Shown: positions 27,983-38,471 of the stretch, one piece after another | Position numbering within the stretch: position 1 is the first letter of the stretch | Layout of the letters: each line of letters starts with the position of its first letter | Source: an uncultured bacterium | Lineage (GTDB): Bacteria > Acidobacteriota > Thermoanaerobaculia > Multivoradales > JAHZIX01 | DNA length: 64,000 bases | Assembly (NCBI GenBank): GCA_965368975.1 | Contig: CBDUPA010000017.1 | Coordinates: 86,325-150,324 of the forward strand | Direction of reading: 5' to 3' | The notes under the pieces: model-generated | Told to the model about the DNA's origin: nothing | The model's database searches: none | Seen by the model: only the letters and a program-made list of their open reading frames with translations | Made by a program: the position numbers and the translations under genes

Positions 27983-30900
27983 TCACGGTGATGGGCTGGC
28001 TGGGGTCGATGCCGGTTCCGCCCGCCCCCAACGCCGGAACAGCACCGGCACTACGACCAGATTCAAGAACGTCGATGTCAGCAAACCGCCCAAAATGACC
28101 TCGGCCATCGGGCTCTGGATCTCATTCCCCGCCTCATGACGCGCCAGGATCAGGGGAATCAACGCCAGGCCGGCGGTGAGGGCGGTCATGAGGATGGGGG
28201 CTAGTCGTTCTAGCGAGCCGCGACGGACGGCTTCCTGCAAGGTGCAGCCTTCGTCACGCATCAGGTGCTGGTAATGCGTGATCAGCAGCACGCCGTTGCG
28301 GGCGGCGATGCCGAAGAGGGTGACGAAGCCGACGAGGGTGGCGATGGAGAGGACGCCGCTGCCCAGGCGGACGGCGGCCAGGCCTCCGATCAAGGCGAGG
28401 GGCAGGTTGACCAGGACGATCAGGGTGGAGCGGACGTCGCGGAAGGCGAGGTAGAGCAGGCCGTACATGCCGCCCAGGATGAGGACGCTGAGGATGGCCA
28501 GGGTGCGGACGCTGCGGGCGGCTTCTTCGAACTGGCCGGCGAAGGTGACGCGGTAGCCGTCGGGTAGTTCGACGCGCTCGGCTACGGTGTCGCGCGCGGT
28601 TTCGACGATGCCGGCCAGGTCGGTGCCGGCGACGTTGGCGGTGACCATGTTCAGGCGCTCGCCGTCTTCGCGCCGCAGCATGCCGGGGCCGAGGTCGACG
28701 CGGACGTCGGCGACGGTGTCGAGACGCAGCTGGGTGCCGTCGTCGGTGAGCACCGGCAGGGCGCCGATGCGGCGGCGGTCGCTGGTGAGGTGGGCGGGGT
28801 AGCGGACGGTGATCGGGACGGCGATCTGGCTGTCGATGATCTCGCCGGCGTGGGTGCCCTGGAACGCGGCTTCGACGGTGCGCGACAGTAGGGCGGCGTC
28901 GAGGCCGTGCAGGGCCAGGGCGGGGCGGTCGAAGTCGAAGACCAGCTGCGGCACGCTGGCCTGTTCCTGGTTCGACAGGTCGACGATGCCGTCGACGTCT
29001 TCGAGCACTTCTTCGATCTGCCCGGCCAGGCGGCGCAGCTGGCCCGTGTCGGGGCCGTAGATCTTGACCGCCAAGCTGGTGCGGCTGCCGGAGATCATGT
29101 GGTCGATGCGGTGGCTGATCGGCTGGCCGAACTCGACCTCGACGCCCGGCACCACGGCCACGGCGTCGCGCAGGGCGGCGAGCAGTTCGTCCTTGTCGCG
29201 GCCTGCGCGCAGCACGACTTCCAGCTCGGAGCGGTTGATGCCCTGGATGTGTTCGTCGCGCTCGGCGCGACCGGTGCGCCGGCTGGTCGAGACGACCTCG
29301 GGGAAGTCGAGCAGGATGGCTTCGACCTGGGCGCCGAGGGCGTTGCTGTCGTCGAGCGAGATGCCGGGTGGCGCGGTGACGCCGATGGTCAGCGAACCTT
29401 CGTTGAAGGGCGGCAGGAACGAGCGGCCGAGGCCGGGCACCAGGGCGACCGCCGAGATCAACAGCAGCAGGGCCAGCACGATCACCAGGCGCGTGCGCGG
29501 CAGGGCCCAGTCGAGGGTCGGTTCGTAGAGCCGGCGCAGGGAGCGCAGCAGCCAGGGCTCGACGTCGTCCTTGGTCTCGCTCTGACCCGCCTCGCCGGCT
29601 CGGGTGATGCGGCGCAGCAAGACCAGGCACAGGGCGGGCGTGACGGTGACGGCGACCAGGAGCGAGGCCAGCAGGGCCGAGATGTAGGCCAGGCCGAGCG
29701 GACGCAGCAAGCGGCCTTCGACACCGGGTAGGAAGAAGAGCGGCAGCAGCACCAGGATCAGGATCAGGGTGGCGAAGAGGATGGCGCGGCGGACTTCGCG
29801 CGAGGCTTCGAACACGACCTGCAGGGCTGGTCGCTGCTCGGTCGCCGGTTTCAGGCGCTCTCCGCGCAGGCGTCGCAACACGTTCTCGACGTCGATGATG
29901 GCGTCGTCCACCAGCACGCCGATGGCGATCGTCAGGCCGCCGAGGGTCATGGTGTTGAGCGTGCCGCCGGCCGCGGTGACCGCCAGTACGCCGCCGACCA
30001 GGGACAGCGGGATGGCGAGTGCGGAGATCAGCGTGGTGCGCACGTTGCCCAGGAAGAGGAAGAGCACGATCACCACCAGCACGGCGCCATCGCGCAGCGC
30101 GTGTGAGACGTTGGTGATGGCGGCGTGGATGAAGTCGCTCTGGCGGAAGGTCTCGCTCTCGACGCGGATGGTGTCGCCCAAGCTGGCTTGCAGGTCGGCG
30201 AGGGTGCGGTCGAGCTCGCGCGTGATCTCGAGGGTGTTGGCGCCGAGCTGCTTCTGGACCGACAGCACGACCGCCGGGTTGCCTGAGAAGGCGGCGGTGC
30301 CGCGTCGGGGTACCGGGCCGAGGGCGACGCGGGCGACGTCGCCGATGCGGACCGGGACGCCGCCCCGCACGGCGACGATCGCCTGTTCCAGGTCCTCGAC
30401 GGTGCGCGCGCGTCCTTCACCGCGCACCAGGTATTCGTTGCCCGCCTCGACGTGGAAGCCGGCGGCGGCGCTGCGGCTGGCGCGCTCAGCGGCGTCGATC
30501 ACGGCGTCCAGCCCGACGCCGCGCTCGCTCAGGCTCGAGGGGTCGATCTCGATCTGGAACTGCCGCGCCTCGCCGCCGATCGGCACCACCTGGGAGATGC
30601 CGGGGATCGACAGCAGCCGGCGACGCACGGTGACGTCGGCGACGGTGCGCAGGTCGAGGGGCGAGACGACCTCGGAGGTCAGCGCGACGAAGGTGATCTC
30701 GCCCATGATCGAGCTGATCGGACCGAGCTGGGGCGGCGGCACGCTGGCGGGTAGTTCGACGCGGCCGAGGCGCTCGGCGAGCGTCTGGCGGGCGCGGTAG
30801 ATGTCGGTGCCGGGGGCGAACTCGGCCCACAGTACGGCGATGCCGGCGCCGGACACCGAGCGCACGCGGTCGAGATCCGGTGCGCCGATGACCGCGGCCT

Positions 30901-31108
30901 CGATCGGCCTGGCCACCAGGGCTTCGACCTCGCCCGGTACCAGGCCCGGCGACTCGGCGATGATGGTGACGGTGGGCACGGACAGGTCCGGCAGCACGTC
31001 CACCGGCATGCGCGCGGCCCACAGGCCGCCCAGTACCAGGATGAGCGCGGCCAGGCCGAGCAGGAAGCGGCGATGCTGCAGAGACAGGCGGATCAGGTGG
31101 TCGAGCAT
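27983..31108 (-). CDS. CusA/CzcA-family heavy-metal RND efflux permease
   Basis: VDVLPDL, GVLVDDAIIDVEN, RLAPILMTALT; ~1040 aa. Confidence 0.92.
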   Translation of the reverse strand: MLDHLIRLSLQHRRFLLGLAALILVLGGLWAARMPVDVLPDLSVPTVTIIAESPGLVPGEVEALVARPIEAAVIGAPDLDRVRSVSGAGIAVLWAEFAPGTDIYRARQTLAERLGRVELPASVPPPQLGPISSIMGEITFVALTSEVVSPLDLRTVADVTVRRRLLSIPGISQVVPIGGEARQFQIEIDPSSLSERGVGLDAVIDAAERASRSAAAGFHVEAGNEYLVRGEGRARTVEDLEQAIVAVRGGVPVRIGDVARVALGPVPRRGTAAFSGNPAVVLSVQKQLGANTLEITRELDRTLADLQASLGDTIRVESETFRQSDFIHAAITNVSHALRDGAVLVVIVLFLFLGNVRTTLISALAIPLSLVGGVLAVTAAGGTLNTMTLGGLTIAIGVLVDDAIIDVENVLRRLRGERLKPATEQRPALQVVFEASREVRRAILFATLILILVLLPLFFLPGVEGRLLRPLGLAYISALLASLLVAVTVTPALCLVLLRRITRAGEAGQSETKDDVEPWLLRSLRRLYEPTLDWALPRTRLVIVLALLLLISAVALVPGLGRSFLPPFNEGSLTIGVTAPPGISLDDSNALGAQVEAILLDFPEVVSTSRRTGRAERDEHIQGINRSELEVVLRAGRDKDELLAALRDAVAVVPGVEVEFGQPISHRIDHMISGSRTSLAVKIYGPDTGQLRRLAGQIEEVLEDVDGIVDLSNQEQASVPQLVFDFDRPALALHGLDAALLSRTVEAAFQGTHAGEIIDSQIAVPITVRYPAHLTSDRRRIGALPVLTDDGTQLRLDTVADVRVDLGPGMLRREDGERLNMVTANVAGTDLAGIVETARDTVAERVELPDGYRVTFAGQFEEAARSVRTLAILSVLILGGMYGLLYLAFRDVRSTLIVLVNLPLALIGGLAAVRLGSGVLSIATLVGFVTLFGIAARNGVLLITHYQHLMRDEGCTLQEAVRRGSLERLAPILMTALTAGLALIPLILARHEAGNEIQSPMAEVILGGLLTSTFLNLVVVPVLFRRWGRAEPASTPASPSP

Positions 31109-31124
31109 GAGTTCTCCAGGCCGC

Positions 31125-32906
31125 TCAGTGCACGTGTCCGTGACCGCCGCCACCGCTCTCCATCAGCGCGGCGCGTCGAATGCCGGAGCCCCCCACGGTG
31201 ACCACGCGTTCGCCCGCGTCGACGCCGGAGATCAGCAGCTGGTTGCCCTGGCGCGCCAGCACCGTCACTTCGCGACGTTCGAAGGTCTCGCCGTCGAGTT
31301 GCACATAGACCACGTCGACACCCGCGTCGTCGACCAGGGTGGTGCCCGGTACCAGGATGCCCGGTACCAGGATGCCGAGTGCTGTCGAGTCTTCCGAGTC
31401 AGCCGGTAGCAGTACCTCGGCTTCGGCGCGCACGCCGGGGAGCAGTCCCGGCGGCGGCGCGACGATCTCGAAGACGGCGCCGACGGTGCCGCTGCGCGCG
31501 TCGACTTCCGGGTGCAGCGTGACCAGCCGGACCGGGTTGTCGCTGTCGCTCGATGGCGTCAGCTCCAGCGCGCGCTCGCTACCCGCCGGTCGCAGGAGCA
31601 AGCCGTGCTGCTCGCTCGCTTGCTGACTGGTCTGCTGACTGGCCTGCCGCCGCGCCTGCAGCCGCGCGGCGTCCTGGGGTTGCAGGCGTACCTCCACCCA
31701 CACCGGGCCGCGCGCCACCAGGCGTGCCAGCGTCGTGCCGGCGGCGACGGTCTCACCGGGCGACACTTGGACACTGGCGACGCGGGCGTCGAAGGGGGCG
31801 CGCAGCACCACGCCAGCGCTCCCGGTGCCGCCGCGCCGGGCCGCTTGCTCGGCGCGCAGGTCCTTCTGCCGCGCTTGCAGCTCGGCTTCTAGCGTCACTA
31901 CGCGCGTGCGGGCTTCGTCGACTTCACGCTCGCTGACGGCTTCCAGTTCGAGCAACTGTTCGAGGCGGCCGAGCTGGGCCCTGGCCGTCTCGAGCTGGGC
32001 GCTCAGGCCGGTGATCTCACCTTCCAGAGCGGCGGGCGTCTTGGCGTCGGTGCGCCGGGGCACGAGGGCGAAGAGCACTTGTCGACGGTCGACCTCGGCG
32101 CCGGTGTACGGCCAGCTGTGGCTTCGACCGGGCAAGCTCAGGGCACCGTCGACCGGTGCCGTCAGCACCACCTCGCCGCCGGCTGGAGGCATCACCCGCG
32201 CCGGTCCGTGGATGCTGTCGGCCAGCGTCCCAGGCTGTGCCCAGGCGGTGGCGAAGGCGGTTTGCCACTGCTGCTCCTTCAGGAAGGAGGCGTCGTCCGT
32301 GCCTTCAGGGGCGAAGGGCGTGCTGACCAGGGTTCCCGGTGCGTCCTCGCTGCCGACGGTCACTCGGCCCGCGTCGATCAGTTCTTCGCCCGGTTCGGCG
32401 GTGACGCGGAAGAACAGCTGGTAGGCGCCCTGGGTGCGCGGCGCGAGGTCGATGTCGAAGATGCCCGCCCGCAGCGCCTGAGTCTGCGTGAACGTCGGGG
32501 CCGACGGTCCTGGCTCGATCGCTCCCACGGGCGCAAGAATCGCCTCGACGCGCCCTTCCAGGAGCGGCGCGAAGCTATCGAGGATGGTCACGTGGGTGTG
32601 GGAGCGTGAAGTGTCACCGGCGACCAACGGATCGGCCTCGGCAAAGATCTCGTACCGCTCGCCGAAGGCCGTGACGGCCCAGCTGTCACCGTCGCCGTGG
32701 TCATGGTCGCCTTCCTCATGACTGTGCTCATCATCGTCATGCCCATCCTCAGCAGGACTGTGCCCGTGATCGTCGGTCTCCTCACCGTGGTGGTGGTCGT
32801 CCTCACCATGCTCGTGGTCGTGCTGGCCGCAAGCCGGTAGCAGGAGCAGGATCGTAGCGAAGAGGAGCGAGCAGAACTGTCGAGCCAGCGCGTGTTGGTG
32901 CGTCAT
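31125..32906 (-). CDS. RND periplasmic adaptor lipoprotein with His-rich N-terminus
   Basis: Lipobox LLPAC, His/Asp/Glu-rich tract, FLKEQQW, APVDG/APFD lipoyl halves, C-terminal GHGHVH. Confidence 0.88.
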   Translation of the reverse strand: MTHQHALARQFCSLLFATILLLLPACGQHDHEHGEDDHHHGEETDDHGHSPAEDGHDDDEHSHEEGDHDHGDGDSWAVTAFGERYEIFAEADPLVAGDTSRSHTHVTILDSFAPLLEGRVEAILAPVGAIEPGPSAPTFTQTQALRAGIFDIDLAPRTQGAYQLFFRVTAEPGEELIDAGRVTVGSEDAPGTLVSTPFAPEGTDDASFLKEQQWQTAFATAWAQPGTLADSIHGPARVMPPAGGEVVLTAPVDGALSLPGRSHSWPYTGAEVDRRQVLFALVPRRTDAKTPAALEGEITGLSAQLETARAQLGRLEQLLELEAVSEREVDEARTRVVTLEAELQARQKDLRAEQAARRGGTGSAGVVLRAPFDARVASVQVSPGETVAAGTTLARLVARGPVWVEVRLQPQDAARLQARRQASQQTSQQASEQHGLLLRPAGSERALELTPSSDSDNPVRLVTLHPEVDARSGTVGAVFEIVAPPPGLLPGVRAEAEVLLPADSEDSTALGILVPGILVPGTTLVDDAGVDVVYVQLDGETFERREVTVLARQGNQLLISGVDAGERVVTVGGSGIRRAALMESGGGGHGHVH

Positions 32907-32965
32907 GGCCCAAAGGATAGACGGAACCAGCGGTAAATCAAGCCCGTCTCGCGATGCACCAATGG

Positions 32966-33844
32966 CTACCGGCGCTCTCTGGCGAGCGGTCGCGTCAGGC
33001 AGGTCGGGCCGCCGCCACCGTGGACGCAGATCTCCGCGCCCTCGAACGTGTGCACCTCGGCTCCCGCCGCTTCCAGCCGCCGCCGCGTCACCGGGTTGCC
33101 GGCCGGCAGCACGCACACGCGTGGTGCCATCGCCAGGCAGTTGCAGCCCTGGGATTCGAACTCTTCATCCGGCACCTCCACCAGGCCGATGCCGCGCGCC
33201 AGCAGCGCTTCGCGGAAGGGGATGGGCATCAATGGCGAGTAGACCAGCGCCAGGTCCGGCGCGATGGGGCTGTAGATCGACATCAGGTGGAAGACGTCCG
33301 CCGGCCCTTTCCAATGCGGCAGCGGCACCACCACGAGCTCGTCGATCGAGTCGCCCAGCAACTCGCGTAGTTGGCGGATGCCTTCGTCGTTGGTGCGGTA
33401 GCCGCGTCCCACCGCCAATGTGCGCTCATCGATCCAGGCGACGTCACCGCCTTCCAGGCGACCCTCGCCGGAGATGGCGCCGAGGATCGGCACGCCGAGG
33501 GCTTCCAGGGCTCGACCGTGCAACTCCGGTTCGTCACGACGCGCGTCCTTGCCCATCGAGCACAGGATCACGCCGCGCTCGCAGACGATGGCGGCGTCGC
33601 GAGCGTAGAGGGCGTCCAGGGTGAGGTCGGCATCCGGAGGCAGCCAGTGGATTTCAGCGCCCAGGTCTTGCAGCAATGCCGCGAAGCGCTCGTACTCGTC
33701 GACGGCGCGCGTGAAGTCGGGGGCGGCCAGGTAGTTCAGTTCCCGCCACTGGCGGTCGATCTGCGCTTGGTCGACGAAGGCGTCGCGCACGTGGCGCAGC
33801 GCCACCGCGTGCAGCCGGCCGGTGTCGCTCTGCAGGGTGTGCAT
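32966..33844 (-). CDS. Amidinotransferase/dimethylarginine dimethylaminohydrolase family enzyme
   Basis: YARD, LEGGD, VFHL, GGGPTCLT catalytic motifs. Confidence 0.85.
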   Translation of the reverse strand: MHTLQSDTGRLHAVALRHVRDAFVDQAQIDRQWRELNYLAAPDFTRAVDEYERFAALLQDLGAEIHWLPPDADLTLDALYARDAAIVCERGVILCSMGKDARRDEPELHGRALEALGVPILGAISGEGRLEGGDVAWIDERTLAVGRGYRTNDEGIRQLRELLGDSIDELVVVPLPHWKGPADVFHLMSIYSPIAPDLALVYSPLMPIPFREALLARGIGLVEVPDEEFESQGCNCLAMAPRVCVLPAGNPVTRRRLEAAGAEVHTFEGAEICVHGGGGPTCLTRPLARERR

Positions 33845-33848
33845 CGTG

Positions 33849-34427
33849 TCAGCTCGCCTTCGACGCGTCGCCCAGCAGCAGGATCTCGCACGGTTCGGCG
33901 CCGTCGTTGCGGTACTCGGTGGTGGTCTGCGGGCCGTAGGTGATGGTGTCGCCGGCGTGGAGCAGGTGCGTCTCGCCACCGCGCTGGCCGCCGCGCTGTA
34001 AGGTCAGGGTTCCCGACAGCACCGTCACCAGCTCGACGACGCCTGGGCGGTTGGCGTCGAGCTCGCCGGAACTCTGGCCCGGCGGCAGCGAGTACCAGGC
34101 GATCTCGAGGTGGTTGCCGAGCAGCTCCGGCGCCAGGCCATAACGCACGACGCCCGAGTCGGGATCGATCAAGCGGCGGCGCTCGTCGGCGCGGACGACG
34201 CTGACCGACCGGATCGGTGCTTCCTCCAGCAGGTCGGTGAGCGTGCAGCCGAGGGCGCGTGCGATCTGGTAGGCGAGCTTGACCGTCGGGTTCTTCACCG
34301 CGCGCTCGACTTCCGACAGCATCGTCGCGCTGACGCCGCTGGACTGGGCGAGGGCGTCGAGGCTCAAGCCCAGCGCCTGGCGGCGGCGGCGGATGTTGGG
34401 GCCGATGTCTCCTGCGGGGTCTGCCAT
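33849..34427 (-). CDS. XRE-family HTH + cupin transcriptional regulator
   Basis: LSLDALA..SGVS..MLSEVER...NPT HTH and C-terminal cupin. Confidence 0.9.
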   Translation of the reverse strand: MADPAGDIGPNIRRRRQALGLSLDALAQSSGVSATMLSEVERAVKNPTVKLAYQIARALGCTLTDLLEEAPIRSVSVVRADERRRLIDPDSGVVRYGLAPELLGNHLEIAWYSLPPGQSSGELDANRPGVVELVTVLSGTLTLQRGGQRGGETHLLHAGDTITYGPQTTTEYRNDGAEPCEILLLGDASKAS

Positions 34428-34463
34428 CAGGCTGTCTTCTCCTGCGCGTCGGTCTCCTCTGGG

Positions 34464-36068
34464 TCATCCCAGGCAACCGGTGGTCCACGCTCCGTCGACC
34501 AAGCGTAGCAGGCGGTCCGGGTTGGCGTCGCGCAATTCTTCCGGTAGCACCGCGACGGGAGCGTCTTGGTAGGCCACGGGACGCAGGAAGCGCGCGATCG
34601 CGGTGCCGCCGACGGACGTGCTCTGGGGCGCCGTGGTGGCGGGATACGGACCGCCGTGCACCATGGCGTCGCACACCTCGACGCCGGTGGGGAAGCCGTT
34701 GAACACCAGGCGTCCGACCCGCTGCGTCAGGGTGTCGAGGAGGTCCTGGTGGTTGCGTAGCTCGTCGCCCTCGTGGAGCACCGTCGCTGTCAGCTGACCG
34801 GGCACGGCGCGCGCCACCTCGACCAGCTCCGCGTCGCTGGCGCAGCGCACGATGAGCGTCACCGGACCGAAGACTTCCTCGCGCAGGGTCTCGTTGCCAA
34901 TGAAAACCGAGGCGCTGGTGAGCAGGGCTGCCGAGCGGGCTTCTGCACCCTCCGCTTCCTGCTTACCCTGTACGAGCCAGGACACTCCCGGCTGCTCGCC
35001 CATGCGCACCAGGCCGTTTCGATAGGCGCTGGCGATGCCCCCGTGCAGCATGACGCCGGGCGCGGCTTGTCGCAGCTGCTCGCCGAGTACCTGCACGAAA
35101 CGGTCGGTCGCGGCAGCGTCGCGCACCACCACGACGCCCGGGTTGGTGCAGAACTGACCGCACCCCAGGGTCACCGAGGCGGCCAGCCCGGCCGCCAGGG
35201 CGTCGCCGCGCGCGGCCAGGGCGTCGGGTAGCAGAAAGACCGGGTTGATCGAGCCCATCTCGGCGTAGACCGGGATCGGTTCCGGGCGGGCCGCGGCCAG
35301 GTCGAAGAGCGCGCGACCGCCGCGCAGCGAGCCGGTGAAGCCGACGGCGCGCAGGCCGGGGTGTTGCACTAGGGCGACACCGACCTCGTGTCCGGCGCCG
35401 TGCAGCAACGAGAACACGCCCTCCGGAAGCTCGCACGCCGCCACGGCGCGGGCGATCGCTTCGCCCAGCAACTCGCTGGTGCCGGGGTGCGCCGGATGTC
35501 CCTTGACCACCACCGGGCAGCCGGCCGCCAGCGCCGACGCCGTGTCGCCGCCCGCGACCGAGAAGGCGAGCGGGAAGTTGCTGGCACCGAAGACGGCGAC
35601 GGGGCCGAGGGCACGCTGGATGCGCCGCACGTCAGGCTTGGGGATCGGCGCCCGCTCGGGGTCGGCCCGGTCGATGCGGGCGTCGAGCCAGGAGCCTTCC
35701 CGGACCAGCGCCGCGAAGGCGCGCAGCTGCCCGACGGTGCGTCCGCGCTCGCCCGCGCAGCGGCCCGGTGGCAAGGCGGTTTCCTGGTGCATGCGATCGA
35801 GCAGGGTGTCGCCCAGCGCCTCGATCTCGTCCGCGATGCGCTCCAACAAGGCGGCTCGGTGGAATCGTCCACGCTGTTCGAACTCCGGATGGGCGTCCAG
35901 AGCGAGCGCGACGGCGCGGTCGATCTCGCTGGCGGTGGCGTCGGTGTAGGTGGGTTCCAGCGGCGTGCCGCCAATGCAGTCGACGCCAGCGGGGTCGATG
36001 CCGGTGAAGGTCGACGTCCCCTCCGCCACGCGCGCCGTGCCCAGGATGTGCTGTCCGTGCAAGTTCAT
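34464..36068 (-). CDS. NADP-dependent aldehyde dehydrogenase (alpha-ketoglutaric semialdehyde dehydrogenase-like)
   Basis: FGASNFPLAFS, GFTGS, AEMGSINP, GQFCTNPG, EEVFGP; operon context. Confidence 0.88.
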   Translation of the reverse strand: MNLHGQHILGTARVAEGTSTFTGIDPAGVDCIGGTPLEPTYTDATASEIDRAVALALDAHPEFEQRGRFHRAALLERIADEIEALGDTLLDRMHQETALPPGRCAGERGRTVGQLRAFAALVREGSWLDARIDRADPERAPIPKPDVRRIQRALGPVAVFGASNFPLAFSVAGGDTASALAAGCPVVVKGHPAHPGTSELLGEAIARAVAACELPEGVFSLLHGAGHEVGVALVQHPGLRAVGFTGSLRGGRALFDLAAARPEPIPVYAEMGSINPVFLLPDALAARGDALAAGLAASVTLGCGQFCTNPGVVVVRDAAATDRFVQVLGEQLRQAAPGVMLHGGIASAYRNGLVRMGEQPGVSWLVQGKQEAEGAEARSAALLTSASVFIGNETLREEVFGPVTLIVRCASDAELVEVARAVPGQLTATVLHEGDELRNHQDLLDTLTQRVGRLVFNGFPTGVEVCDAMVHGGPYPATTAPQSTSVGGTAIARFLRPVAYQDAPVAVLPEELRDANPDRLLRLVDGAWTTGCLG

Positions 36069-36114
36069 ATCGTTCCTCGCGTCGAGTCTTCGGTTCGTGG
36101 TGCTGTCATGGTCA

Positions 36115-37074
36115 TCAGGCCGCCAATCTCGGGCGACGTTCGAGGTGGTCCCGGACCAGCCGTAGCGCGTGCTCGCGCAGCTCGCCGCGCACCGGTTGAC
36201 GCGGCAGGCGCACGGTTTCCGAGCCCATGCCGACCTCGGCCTGCACCAGCTTGATCAGCTGCACGAACTCGGGAACCACGTCCAGGCGCAGCAGCGGCAG
36301 GAACCAGCGATAGAGCGCGAAAGCACGGGCCACGTCCCCTTGCCGCGCCGCCTCGAACAGCTCGACGCTCTCGGCCGGCAGGGCATTGACGAGCCCCGCG
36401 ACCCAGCCGGAGGCGCCGGCTTGCACGCCCTCGACCAACATATCGTCGAGGCCGACGAAGACCCGCAGGCGATCGCCCACCAGTGCCTTGACCGCCGTCA
36501 CCCGCCGCGCGTCGCCGCTCGACTCCTTGGTCGCGTGCAGGTTGGCGTGCTTGTCGGCGAAGGCGGCGATGCGCTCGGGAGTGACGTCCAGGCCGTAGGC
36601 GATCGGATTGTTGTAGAGCATGCAAGAGAGATTCGTGGCCTCGAAGACGGCGTCGAAGTGAGCTTCCATCTCGTGCCAGGGACCCTTGTGCACATAGGGT
36701 GGCAGCACCATCAGGCCGCGACAGCCGATGTCGCGGGCGTTGCGCGCCAGGCGCCTGGCCTCGCTGGTGCTGAGGGCGCTGATCGCCGAGATCACCGGCA
36801 CGCGCTCGCCGACCGCCTCGACCAGCGTGCGCAGCACCCCGCACTTCTCGGCGAAGTCCAGCGTCGCGCCCTCGCCCAGCGAGCCCAGGCCGATGATGCC
36901 GGTGCAACCGTGGTCGACCAGCCAGCGGGCGTGGTGGGCGAGGAAAGTGTGGTCGACCTGACTCCGGTGGTCTTGATCGGGCTCAGTAAATGGTGTCGTG
37001 ATCGCGGGCATGACGCCCGTCCAGTTCATGTCCGTATTGTTCGTATCTGCGTTGTTCGTATCTGGCTTGCTCAT
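36115..37074 (-). CDS. DHDPS-family enzyme, probable 1-pyrroline-4-hydroxy-2-carboxylate deaminase
   Basis: GVMPAITTPF, GSLGE, LYNNP, Schiff-base KESS; operon context. Confidence 0.85.
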   Translation of the reverse strand: MSKPDTNNADTNNTDMNWTGVMPAITTPFTEPDQDHRSQVDHTFLAHHARWLVDHGCTGIIGLGSLGEGATLDFAEKCGVLRTLVEAVGERVPVISAISALSTSEARRLARNARDIGCRGLMVLPPYVHKGPWHEMEAHFDAVFEATNLSCMLYNNPIAYGLDVTPERIAAFADKHANLHATKESSGDARRVTAVKALVGDRLRVFVGLDDMLVEGVQAGASGWVAGLVNALPAESVELFEAARQGDVARAFALYRWFLPLLRLDVVPEFVQLIKLVQAEVGMGSETVRLPRQPVRGELREHALRLVRDHLERRPRLAA

Positions 37075-38471
37075 GGTGGGGTCTCCGCGGGAGAGGTGTG
37101 CGACCAGGCCTCGGCCAGCTGACCGAGGGTGATCGGATGAAGCGGTGGTCGGTCGCGATTGCACATCGCGCCGTGTGGGTTCGTGGAAGAGGAGCCGTGA
37201 AGGAAGGAGAAGGCGCCAGCGCACAGGCGTCCCTGGCAGGCGCCCATGCCGCAGCGCGTGAGTAGTTTGGCCGCGCGCGGGTCGTCCAGGTCGCGCAGCT
37301 GTTCCCAGGTCACGTCCTCGCAGCGACAGACGACGCTCGCTGGCGTCGTCATGTGGCGCAGCTCGGGTCGCAGGCGGAAGGCGTGTTCCAGTTCACTGGC
37401 GAAGCCGCGCGCGCGGTCTCGGCGCCGGTAGAGGCCGGCAGGAAGGCGCTCGGCGTGTCCCAGGAGATCCGCGGCGGCATGACGTCCGGCGATCTCACCT
37501 TCGAGCAGAGCCTTGTCGACGCCACCGATTCCCGTCGATTCGCCGGCGCAGAACACTTCGGGGACGCTGGTGCGCTGCTCGGCGTCGACCCAGACGCTTC
37601 GCGCGCCGGAGTCTCGTAGGCGGCAGCCGAGCAGCGACGCGAGCCGTACTTCCGGCAGCAGGCCGAAGCCTGTGGCCACGCGATCGACGTTGTAGTTAGC
37701 GGAGTTCTGGCTCTCGGAGCCGCCAATGCTGACGCGCAGCGGAGCCGCCGAGCTGTCCGAAGCGTCCTCGACGCCGGTCGGCCAGCTGCCGTAGCGGCGG
37801 GGAATGCCGAGCAAGCGCGCCTGCAAGCCGGCGAGCTGAACCAACTTGGCAGGGTACCGGATCAGCGACAGGGCGAAGCGGGCGAGCCGCTTCCGGGACG
37901 CTTGCTCGACGATCGCCACGATCCGCGCGCCGCGCCGTCGCAGGGAGTCGGCCACGGCCAGCAGCAAGGGGCCGCTGCCCGCGATCAAGATGCGCTGCCC
38001 CGACACGTCGAGACCGCCCTTGACCAGGGCCTGCAAGCCACCGACGGCGGTCACGCGTGGGTGGGTGCTGCCGGGGAAGGGCAGGTACCGTTCCTGGGCG
38101 CCCGTCGCCAGGATGAGACGCTGTGCCTGCAGCCGCAGCGGTGACGCTGCTGCGTGGATGGGAGTGCCGTGGATGGAAGCGCTGTGGATGGGGGTCGCGA
38201 TCAGCGTCGTCGCGTCGAGCGCGTCGACGATCGAGAGTCCCGGCAACCACCGCACGCCGGCCGCCTGAGCGCGCTCCAGCCAAGGGCGCGCCGCGCGCGC
38301 TGCTTGCCCCAGGTCGGGGCGCCAGATCTGCCCGCCCCGGCTCGGCTGCTGGTCGACCAGGGCCACGCGCAGTCCGCTGCTCGCTCGCGCTCCGGCTTCC
38401 GCGGCGTGCACCGCCGCCGCCAGGCCCGCCGGGCCGGCACCGACCACCAAGACGTCGACGTCATGCGTCAT
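37071..38471 (-). CDS. FAD/NAD(P)-binding oxidoreductase, D-hydroxyproline dehydrogenase alpha-like subunit
   Basis: GAGPAG, ATGAQE, VCRCEDV and RCGMGACQGRLC Fe-S motif. Confidence 0.85.
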   Translation of the reverse strand: MTHDVDVLVVGAGPAGLAAAVHAAEAGARASSGLRVALVDQQPSRGGQIWRPDLGQAARAARPWLERAQAAGVRWLPGLSIVDALDATTLIATPIHSASIHGTPIHAAASPLRLQAQRLILATGAQERYLPFPGSTHPRVTAVGGLQALVKGGLDVSGQRILIAGSGPLLLAVADSLRRRGARIVAIVEQASRKRLARFALSLIRYPAKLVQLAGLQARLLGIPRRYGSWPTGVEDASDSSAAPLRVSIGGSESQNSANYNVDRVATGFGLLPEVRLASLLGCRLRDSGARSVWVDAEQRTSVPEVFCAGESTGIGGVDKALLEGEIAGRHAAADLLGHAERLPAGLYRRRDRARGFASELEHAFRLRPELRHMTTPASVVCRCEDVTWEQLRDLDDPRAAKLLTRCGMGACQGRLCAGAFSFLHGSSSTNPHGAMCNRDRPPLHPITLGQLAEAWSHTSPAETPP

